This document shows, piece after piece, positions 1-10,081 of a DNA stretch of 40,945 nt. Source of the DNA: Octopus bimaculoides (taxonomy: Eukaryota); contig NC_068986.1 in assembly GCF_001194135.2 (NCBI RefSeq), positions 96,653,574-96,694,518 on the forward strand, given 5' to 3'. The notes under the pieces are model-generated. The model was given only the letters and a program-made list of their open reading frames with translations. It was not told the origin of the DNA and ran no database searches. Position 1 is the first letter of the stretch; each line of letters starts with the position of its first letter. The position numbers were made by a program, and so were the translations under genes.

Positions 1-19
1 GCTAATAATATAGCCTGAA

Positions 20-138
20 CAGGATAAACTACCCCTATTTTGCAGAAAAAAGTGTTGGTGGTTAGCTGTGGGACTCAAACTCACATCTCTGTGATTACGC
101 GACACGATGCTTTGACCGATTAAGCTAAACTCCCCCAC
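20..138 (-). mobile_element. tRNA-like SINE head (not a functional tRNA)
   Basis: Minus strand GGGGGAGTTTAGCTTAATCGGTCAAAGC...GTGAGTTTGAGTCCCAC has A-box and degenerate B-box spacing; the cloverleaf stems do not close. Confidence 0.55.
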
Positions 139-211
139 TACAGATTCCTCTGCAAATTTAAGATGTATAGAAACCTCGCTTTATGAGACGCTATCATATG
201 TTCAATTCAAA

Positions 212-381
212 ATATATACGACGAGCTTCTTTTAGTTTCCCTCTACCAAATCCACTCACAAGGCTTTGGTTGGCCCGAGGCTATAGTAGAAGACATTTGC
301 CCACGGTGCCATGCAGTTGGACTGAACTCGGAACCATGTGGTTGGTAAGCAAGCTACTTACCTCACAGCCACTCCTGTGCT
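212..381 (-). mobile_element. tRNA-derived SINE (family D), 5' part
   Basis: Reverse-complement similarity to 29243-29410 (CTCACAAGGCTTTGGT, GGACTGAACTCGGAACCATGTGGTTGG, CACAGCCACTCCTGTGC). Confidence 0.8.
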
Positions 382-649
382 TAGTATATATTTACTAGAC
401 ATCTCTGAACGAAAATATGCAGGATAATATGTTAAGAGGTTAAGTGAAAGATAAATGATAAAAAAGATGAAATAAAGTACTAGTCACTTATACTGGAGTC
501 AGTCAATTTAAACATACTTTTTCCCCTTGTATCTATGTTAGAAATCATTATTATACATCATATCTCTCCATTGTATTCCACAGCACAATACATACCACAC
601 AAAGCCAGCCTGTACAATTACACTTTGTTCCACTGTACCTGCTGGCTAC

Positions 650-860
650 TCAGGCCATTACTTGAAATAGCAGCCAAATTATCCTTGTATTGCACCCTGA
701 CACCTTAGATCAAAAACTACATTGGATAACGATGTTTAAAAATATGATAGCTGAAAGAATAAGCTGGGATGGTCATAGCTGGAATGTTTTTGATCATAGG
801 TCTGCTCAGTCAGGACTGGCCAGTGATAAGATAAACAATAACAACAACCATAGTAAAGCC
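650..860 (+). mobile_element. Interspersed repeat, probably a SINE (family E)
   Basis: GAAATAGCAGCCAAAT...GGGATGGTCATAGCTGGAATG...TGATCATAGGTCTGCTCA...(AAC)n recurs at about 12105-12295 (+), 16878-17060 (+), 11040-11185 (-), 23325-23490 (-) and 23518-23600 (-). Confidence 0.65.
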
Positions 861-961
861 TGGTGTCTGTACCTTCCTATACTGCAATAAACACAGCACA
901 CCACAGTAGCCTATACTAAATATATTTACACCCTCTTATACAAGAAACACATCATCTCCTT

Positions 962-2150
962 TCTCCTATACTATGAGAAACACTACACCACACTCGACTA
1001 CACTACACTCACATTACAATACACACATCATATGATCATACTACACCACATCATTCTATACCACACTCATCTACACCACATTCAACTGTACTACACTAGA
1101 CAGCACACTACACTACATCATACTGTACCATGCTCATCTGTACCACACTCATCTACACCACACTCAACTACACCACACTCATCTACACCACACTCAACTA
1201 CCCCACACTCATCTACACCACACTCAGTTACACCACACTCAACTACCCCACACTCATCTACACCACACTCAGTTACACCACACTCATCTACACCACACTC
1301 AGTTACACCACACTCATCTACACCACACTCATCTAAACCACACTAGACAGCNNNNNNNNNNNNNNNNNNNNNNNNNNNNNNNNNNNNNNNNNNNNNNNNN
1401 NNNNNNNNNNNNNNNNNNNNNNNNNNNNNNNNNNNNNNNNNNNNNNNNNNNNNNNNNNNNNNNNNNNNNNNNNNNNNNNNNNNNNNNNNNNNNNNNNNNN
1501 NNNNNNNNNNNNNNNNNNNNNNNNNNNNNNNNNNNNNNNNNNNNNNNNNNNNNNNNNNNNNNNNNNNNNNNNNNNNNNNNNNNNNNNNNNNNNNNNNNNN
1601 NNNNNNNNNNNNNNNNNNNNNNNNNNNNNNNNNNNNNNNNNNNNNNNNNNNNNNNNNNNNNNNNNNNNNNNNNNNNNNNNNNNNNNNNNNNNNNNNNNNN
1701 NNNNNNNNNNNNNNNNNNNNNNNNNNNNNNNNNNNNNNNNNNNNNNNNNNNNNNNNNNNNNNNNNNNNNNNNNNNNNNNNNNNNNNNNNNNNNNNNNNNN
1801 NNNNNNNNNNNNNNNNNNNNNNNNNNNNNNNNNNNNNNNNNNNNNNNNNNNNNNNNNNNNNNNNNNNNNNNNNNNNNNNNNNNNNNNNNNNNACACCACA
1901 TTCAACTGTACTACACTAGACAGCACACTACACTACATCATACTGTACCATGCTCATCTGTACCACACTCATCTACACCACACTCAACTACACCACACTT
2001 GACCATATCACACTCAACTGTACCACGCTCATCTAAACCACACTCAGCTATACCACACTAGACAGCCCACTACACTCCATCATGCCACCTCCCACCACAC
2101 ACCATACTCCACTACTTAACACCATATTGCACACCAAACTACTTCACATC
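962..2150. repeat. C/A-rich 15-bp minisatellite (CACCACACTCA[T/A/G][C/T]TA) spanning a gap
   Basis: Regular units at 1141-1335; an identical 107-bp block at 1073-1179 and 1893-1999; explains the HSSTP/YTTL repeat ORFs. Confidence 0.9.
1352..1892. other. Assembly gap (others: 13542-14158, 14408-14493, 14750-14929, 17282-17291, 18426-18767, 35841-36504, 37671-37739)
   Basis: Runs of N, nearly all flanked by (TA)n, (GT)n or tandem repeats. Confidence 0.99.
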
Positions 2151-3000
2151 ATATTCCAGACCAGTTCTACAACTACAACTGTATTATATACAATGAATAC
2201 ATCCAGTGTGTATCAATCACATCTGTATGTGTCTACGTTTCACTATGTTTGTCTTCATATTCATATGTATTTCTGTGTATGCATAGACATGAATTTATGT
2301 ATTTGTTTGTATTTGTATTTATAGATGTATATGTGAGTGTATCTGTGTAATGTGTTTGTTTGTGTGTTTCTTTTTTATTTAATTTTTGTTTTTAGTTTGA
2401 ATCCTCTTATAAAGAAGATCTGGTTTTCTAGCAAAGAAACAAAGCTCCAACATTATTGATAAGAACAATAGCAAAGAATTACATGTACAACTTTAGAAAA
2501 GTCTTGTTAATTTTTACTGTTCCACTTACAAACTGTATTTGTGAAATGAGTAGTTACTGGTAATTTTCTCTGCTTAAAAACGTCAGGTTTGTAACATTAG
2601 GGTCATAGGCATTTAATTACATTACTGAAAACACTAATAATTATAGGCACAAATATAAATTATGTTATGGGTACAAAAGTTGCAGGTTCGTGTCTCTCCA
2701 GCAACCTTTGATCTTTTTCCATCTGAAGTTTTATTTTAACCTATTATATTATATGCTAATATAGCAGCATCCACTTTGAGAGACACCTTTAGAATGATTT
2801 ATTTCGTATTTTCTTGGAACTTCTACATTTTCATAATGTAAGCAAACTTACTTTCTCATTTGGAAGAACAAAGCATCTAAGTCGACAGCAGAGAGACTGA
2901 AGATTACATCTGTCGTATATGAAGATGTTGGCTTTTTTTTTTAACCCGATATATTACATGTTATTGTTTATGAAAGAATCATTAATGTATTATATAAAAT

Positions 3001-3150
3001 GTATTGCAGTATTTGTCTCAGCTCTTCATGTTCTGAGTCAACAAATCCTGCTAAGTTCAACTTTGCCTTTCTCATTTTCAGGATCTATAAAATAAAATAC
3101 CTCACAACACCTCAAAACTTTGAGCCTTGTGCCTAAACCAGAAACTGTTA
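3001..3150 (+). mobile_element. SINE family B, degenerate fragment
   Basis: GTTCTGAGTC...CAACTTTGCCTTTCTC...GCCTTGTGCCTAAACCAGAAAC. Other degenerate copies lie near 26000-26095, 26540-26600 (-), 27745-27910 and 39790-39965. Confidence 0.6.
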
Positions 3151-5248
3151 TTTATAGTTGTATTCCCGTTGAGATATACCATTAAAATGATTTATTTTAA
3201 AAGATTTATAATCTCTTGAGAGAAGCTGTTGACTACAAAACAGTTGACTGCAAATATTCTTTTTCATATTGGTTTTTTGGTTTTAAAAGAAATGTTCCTA
3301 TCTGCAGGACTACTGACAGCTCTAACTGCAATTTTTTTTCCCTGTCCTAAACAATTATTCAATTCTATTATAGTTAAGTTTGGAAGAAGTTTTGAGGAAA
3401 ATGTTCCATCAATATTCCTTGTGTTGAAACATTTGTATATTGTCAATGATAGAAGTATTTTCTATATTTATTCCAGAGCATTCTTTTCTATGGAGCACAT
3501 TATATATATTTTTTAGCAACATCATAATGCATTAGAAGGTAGTACCTTGACGTTTTTAAGCAGCTGCTGATCACGTGTAACATTTTCCTCAGAAATGTGA
3601 CATAATCAATATTTTCAGTTGCATCTTGAGGTTTTAAGTGTTTCATAGTATATTTTATTCAAAAGATATTTTGTAACTCTCTCTTGCTCTTACATAGCAA
3701 ATGCATAAACTTCAAAATGCCATGTGATGTAATAACCACTCATAAGTGCAGGTGGGACTACACTTCCTGTTGATGTTAGCATCATCCTCAAATTTACAGG
3801 ACACTCACCCATGCATAACATTTGTGGGTGGGTGGAGGGTCAAAGTTTTTACTTCCAGGTCTTTTGTTGAGATGTGCTAGTCCAGCAGTTTTGGGATCAC
3901 ATGGGAGGAGATCAGGAAGTGAATACTTCTTGAGGAATTCACTCCTGCCCCACAAGGTGTTGTGCTCTTCACTTCTGATAATTTTCTTGGGGTAATTATA
4001 TTTCCTTGTTATGTTTAACAGATGCTGTTTACATAGTACCACATGCCAATCAAAGGCTGTCTGAATGGATCTCAAGATGCTTTTCTTCTGATATAAAGCC
4101 AATCCTTATCGCTATTTCTATAGTAGCTTCCAGATAATTTCATGATCTTGCAGGTTTTAATATCTAGGGAATAGGTTTTGTCTATAGACTTAGCAAGTGA
4201 CTCTTATGTTGGTACCAGTACTGGTACTGCAGATGAATTATGAGATATTGTTTTGTAAAAGGAAAAATCTGACTGCTATAGTTTTTTTTTTTTTTTTTTT
4301 TTTGAAGTCTAATAATATTCATTACATCATCTATGTATACTTGTATGTATGTGTGTGTATATTTGAATGTTATGTGTATAGATGGAGTGATGTATTTTGT
4401 TGTATGTATCCATGTGTGTGCGTGTGTGTGTGTGAAATGATATATTCATATATATATATAAGTATGTGTGTGTGCATATGTGTGTTCTTTTATTCCGTTG
4501 TCCCCTTCCCACTAGCAACCCCTACACCATAGCCAGTGTGGTCAGTGTGACCAGTTAGTTCACTTTACATATTCCTATGCTTCAGATGAAGGCCACACTA
4601 CACTGAAAAGCCAAGCCTCTCACAATTAAAATCAATAATCAATGCAATTACTGATTGATTTTTACCCTTTTTCTTATTCTGAAGACTAATAATAATTATC
4701 ACTTTCATCATTGCCATCATAATCATCATCACCACTATTACTATCATCATCATTATCATTATCATAAATGATAATCACTCCTACTATCGTCATCACCAAC
4801 ACCATTATCAACATCACTACCATCATCATCATTGTCATCATTATTATCAGGACATTCATCATGCGTTACCTTCCTTGCTACCTTCTTCACCTACCTCCCC
4901 AATTTGTCACCATCATCATTGGCTGCAGCAGGTGTCCTAGAGTTCTTGTCTCTTCCCTTCCCCACCATTTCTTTAGAGATGTGATGTCTGGAGCTTCACT
5001 GGTCATGTTTTGTCATCTGCAAATATCTGTATCACAAAAGAGCTAAGTGTACATGGAGTGAGCGCTGGGTACTTGGATTCATGTAAATATCCTGCCGGGC
5101 TCTTGAGCTTCATCGTTGAAGTAAAATAGACTTCTTGCTCATAATTTGTCAGTTCAGTTCTTATGCAGATGTTTAATTGTACTTCTGGGACAGAGCATTT
5201 GTCATTCTTTAGCCTATCATCAAAGAGGTTCTAGACACGACTGTTTCA

Positions 5249-5412
5249 GTACACTCTGTAAAGTGATTGATATTAGGAAGGGAATCCAGCTGTTGAAATC
5301 ATGCCAAAGTAGACACTGGAACTTGGTGCAGCCCTCTGGCTCATTACTTCATGTTGAACCATCCAACCCATGCCAGCATGGAAAAATGGATGTTAAGTGC
5401 TGATGATGATGG
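5249..5412 (+). mobile_element. Family A repeat, older copy
   Basis: TTAGGAAGGGAATCCAGCTG...CCAACCCATGCCAGCATGGAAAAATGGATGTTAAG-(TGA)n. Further degenerate copies at about 30058-30240 (-) and 40321-40383 (+). Confidence 0.7.
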
Positions 5413-6264
5413 AGTACATCGTTTAATGCAACCTCTCCTTTGTAAGTTAGTCGGGTGTTGTTTGGGGGATATTTGGTTGCTATTTTAGTAGGTTGAGTAA
5501 CCATATAGAGGTCTCTTTTAATGACTCAAGACAGGACACTTTGTTCTTAGCTAGGTAATAGTATCAGATTATCTGAGAATGTAATTTGTGAAAGACTGTT
5601 GTCCTATCCATGAGGGAAATTTCTCTCCAGAGCTAAACACTGGTCCTTAAAGAGTTTTTTTTTTAGCTTAATATTCATTTACTATTCTATCACCATTTAT
5701 TTGATAGTTTCCTATTGTTTTACAGCTTATGTGTGTTGTGGTATTATATTACCTGTGTATCATAGGCTCCCTGTGTATCATTAGCCTGACTTTGTGTCAT
5801 CAGATCTACCCAACAGATCTCATTTGACAACAAACTACTGTCATCATTGAATAACAATAGTGAACAAAAGTGATACTGGGCATAAACACTAGGGCATATT
5901 GAAGGTAAGTGAAGTGATGGGAGGAGAAATGAAGAAAAGCTTTAAACAAGAATACCTCCAAAGTCTTAGATTGATGTTGCAGTCAAATGTGTCGGAGAAA
6001 TAAATTTCAAGCAATCAATACAGGGGCAATTGCATTATTGATATGCAGGTATTATCTATTGGAGAAACGATGGAGTGGACCTGATGCATGGATACTCTTG
6101 TTGATTCTGTTCTGAAAGATGAGGCCTCTCATCTTTTCAAATCCCTACCCCTCTCAGTTCTTGGAGCTGATGGTAATGGGATGGATGTTTACATATTCTA
6201 AAGTCCTTTATTGGCAAAAAGAACCATAAAGAAAAATTTTTTTTTTAAATAAGTAATCCAAGAG

Positions 6265-6526
6265 CAGTGGTTCTCAACCACTTTTTTGCCTATGGATCCC
6301 TTTGATTCCTATTTTACTCAGGGAAGGGGACCCTTATAGCCATTCAATGTCTAAAGACTAGTATTATATTTTTATGATTAAATATTATTTGGAATTGAAT
6401 AAAAGAATGTTTAAATATTTCATGTATTCTGGAAATATAACCAGTTTATTATTGCAGATAAATTTTAACAACAAAATCTTATCATGGACTCCTAAGGGCC
6501 AAATGGACCCTGGTTAAGAACTATTG
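6265..6526. mobile_element. hAT (Charlie-like) MITE
   Basis: TIRs CAGTGGTTCTCAACC and GGTTAAGAACTATTG. The 8-bp flanks TCCAAGAG and TCCTAGGG match at 6/8 and resemble the TCTAGA-centred Charlie target site. AT-rich non-coding interior. Confidence 0.75.
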
Positions 6527-9500
6527 TCCTAGGGGAAATTACCTTCTAAGCAGACATCTTTAAGTACATGTATCCATGATAAACAACAACAATAATAATA
6601 ATAGGCAAGTTATTACAAAAGAATATCCAAAATCCACAATTCTCGTGACTTGAACAAGCCACAAGATGGCTGACAAAGACAGCAGACAGCTGGAATAACT
6701 TTAATGACTTTCAAATACAACAAACTCTATTGGAGGTTGCTATTTTTGATATGAAGATGAATATAGTAATGTCTATTTATGAGGCTGTTATTTATTCTAC
6801 TATCTTATCATCGGTCCTTGGGGAACTGTACTGTAATGGTGTTAGAGAGACAGAGGAGGGTGTATGTTAGTGTGTGAAAGTTAGGCAATGTATATGTGTA
6901 GTGTTAGATATAAATGTAAGTATATTTGTGTGCAGATATATGTGTATCAATGTACGCATAAATATATTTGTCTATAAAGATAGAGTGTAAGTTAATTTGT
7001 GTATATATATATATATATATATAAATCATGCACACGTACAAACACAAATTCTTTCATTTCTTCCATTTACTATGTTTCCCTTTCCACTTTATTAGTATGA
7101 AACATTCTAGAAATGTTATTCTAGAAATGTTGTTTCACTCTCCTCTCTCTCTCTCTCTCTCTTTCATCATAAAAACAATGCAATATAAATTGCTTCAATG
7201 AGAGGAAATATGATTGATGGCCAATGTGAAGGTCACCAGTTCAAAGATAGCCATGGGCATAGCATTATTGAGTGCAAGCTTAGGCCAGACATATTACTCT
7301 ACTTGACTTGCTTTGGTCAGAGTGGTTGGGCATAGGGTGGGGAGTGGAGTAAGATACCACCAACCATATGCTACCTAACTCCATTAGCTGGAGGAGAATA
7401 TATGGGACAGGTACAGGTGGGGAGGGTACCTTGAAACAGTGAGGTACTCGAGTACCTAGCACACACATGTGCATGCGCGCACACACACACACATGTCAGG
7501 ATCCTGTTGTAGTTTATGAGTCTGAGGGATTAGGTAACTACATGTAACTCAGAAGAGCTTAAAATATTCTTCAACTTTAAGAAACTAAGTGTGTATTTCT
7601 CAGTCCTTAAAGTACCCTCTGTGCTCACAGACATGAATCTAGGTTAGTTAAGCTTCTGATACCTTTAGTCAAAGAAGTACCATAGGGGTCATTAATATTT
7701 TATGCTGCTGGAATGTACAATATATTTAATTCAAGAACCTAAAGTCTCTTTTGACTAATGTACATATACTGCAGAACCTACAATCTTGACACCTAATTTA
7801 TTAGAATAATCTGTGCTTTAAAAATCTTTAGTATATCTCTAAGATATAGGGTAGTTGTTTCTCACAAGTCTCCAATAGTTATACCTCAGGACCTAGAAAA
7901 CAACTTACCTTCAGCATATATTTCCTCTTCCTCAGTAATTAGATTACTACCATTCTATCATCACCACTACTACTACTTTCTCTACTGGTTTTGTTGCCAT
8001 CACCACTGCCACTATTTTACTACCTCTACATCTACCTTTGTCTCATGACCTGTAATACGGTACCACAATCATAAATAACTTGCACTTCAGCAATCTGAGT
8101 CACATCTACCCCTGACAACCACCAATGAACTGACAGGGAAGTTGTTATGTGGTTTTCGGACTTTCTAGAACTAATCAACTCTTTCTCAAGTCACGTCCTA
8201 CAGTTTTCTTTAAATGGTCACATTAAATAACATTGTCCAAGATACACTGCATGAATAAAAAAAAAAATAGGATGGATAAGGCTGGAGTGCCTTTGACTTT
8301 TAGGTTGATTTGGGGTAGAACAACAACAAAAACAACCAAGGTACCTAAGCCTTTGACAACTATAACACTTGTACCTCTGTTTACCAAATTACCTTTTTAG
8401 AAAAAAAAGGTAAAGAAGCAGATTATTTACATATGTCATATCTATATGTTCTCACTGATCCAGTTATAGTTGTTGTTGCTTACTCTCAGGCTAACATCCT
8501 GATTGAGTAAATATATCAAAGTAGTAGTAGTTGTGGTAGTAGTAGTAGTAGTAATAAACACGGTGTGATGGCTTAATGTTGGTGGCAGCAGTCACAATTG
8601 TTATGGTGGTGTTGCTGATAATGATGATGAAGAAAATATTATAACCATGGCTCCTTCTTCTTGTCTAACATCACCCACCCTAACTCACCCTCTCCAATAC
8701 CCCCCCCCGTCCCATCCTTCTATCCTCCATTCTCCATTAAGTCATATCTTGTGGGAGAGGTAGTGATATCCAAAAATTCTCCACACTCAACCAGCCAACA
8801 GACCGACCAACCACCATTGACAGGGAAATTAATTAGGTATAATCCTATAATCCACAGTCAGCCTGGGAGAGACTTGAGTGGGATGTTGAACATGAAGGGG
8901 GTGATGGTTGTGTGGAGCTGGGCATTGAGTGATGATAGTAATAGTTGACAAACCAATAGATTACTCTCCTCACATTACTATTTTATGATGAATGACAGAC
9001 TTTATGGTGCACACAGTTGCTTGTTTCTTTATTTTTGATAACGACCCATCCACATTTGGTATCTTAGGTTCAGGAGGCAATGTGGCACTACTAAGCACTT
9101 TTGGGATTACTTCTCTCTCTCTCTCTCATATAAATATATGCATGTGTAGTGTATGTGTGTATGCATGTGTGTGTGTGTGTGTGTGTAGTCAGTTAATGGT
9201 TGTGCTACCATTTGAATTTTCACAAATCGCTAAGTAAGGGGCATAAGGCAGTAATCAGTTGGTGAAAGTATGCCTTAGTCTTATGGATGTGCTGTGTTTA
9301 AAAACACAATATACACAATGAAAACTACCAGAAGTGGCAGGAACACCAGATACATTTCTGTTTCTTTGGGCATTGTCAGTAATATGTATTCACAGACAGA
9401 CACATGCTCAGAGAAGAGTTGTTGCTTCCGCTAATATAGGAAAACAGTGAATAAACATTCTCTGGTGCTACAAATAGCCTCCTGGCTGAAAAAAAAATCA

Positions 9501-9807
9501 TTATATGCAATAGAATCAATTTTAGATTTAAATAACCATCTACATATCATACTTAATGTAAATACATCTTGAAAGGCATATTTAATGCAATATTCATTTG
9601 GAGATAATATTTTGTGTGTTTTATGCATTTGAAAACACAATATATGCTAGAGTGAGATGAAACACATCACAGCAGTGGCTAGTGAGTATGCTAGATTAAT
9701 TTCTGCGTCATTCTGACTTTGTCAGTAGCATGTACTCACAGCCAACCATATGCTTAAATGAAATTTGTTGCCTCCAATACACACGTATGTGTGCACATGC
9801 ACGCACG

Positions 9808-9839
<32 letters not shown>

Positions 9840-9905
9840 CACACTATATTACTGAAGTTGAAAAAAAACTTCACAAACTGTTACTCGGAATTTCATGCTG
9901 TTCAG

Positions 9906-9949
9906 AAACTGTCTGATGAATGGTTACATGAAACTCTGAGTAACAGTTT
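9906..9949 (+). ncRNA. Type I hammerhead ribozyme (minimal, Penelope/retrozyme-like)
   Basis: AAACTGT-CTGATGA-ATG(GTTA)CAT-GAAA-CTC(T)GAG-TA-ACAGTTT: 7-bp stem I, full CUGAUGA/GAAA core, 3-bp stem II, ACUC/GAGU stem III, GUA cleavage triplet (predicted cut after 9942). Confidence 0.8.
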
Positions 9950-10047
9950 GCAAGGTTTCTTTCTGCTTCATTGAAATAATATTCTACTCAACTTTCAGTA
10001 TTCAAAAACTATTTTTACTCCACCTTCTTTTGCATTTATATGTTTAC

Positions 10048-10081
<34 letters not shown>

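Noticed and set aside
60-136. tRNA gene candidates (also 10210-10275 and the SINE heads)
   Set aside because: A/B boxes are degenerate, the cloverleaf does not close and they continue into repeat bodies; treated as SINE heads.
1032-1346. ORFs with HSSTP / YTTL repeats
   Set aside because: Direct translation of the 15-bp minisatellite.
3229-4160. Non-repetitive stretch with 95-102 aa ORFs and weak transposase-like words on the - strand (KLQLELSVVLQIG, LPNLTII...VSSPADRNISFK)
   Set aside because: Similarity is too faint to assign by eye and is broken by many stops. Needs a translated search against Dfam/Repbase.
4570-4605. CAGATGAAGGCC...CTGAAAAGCC hammerhead-like wording (similar weak case near 10285-10315)
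   Set aside because: Core substituted and stems do not pair.
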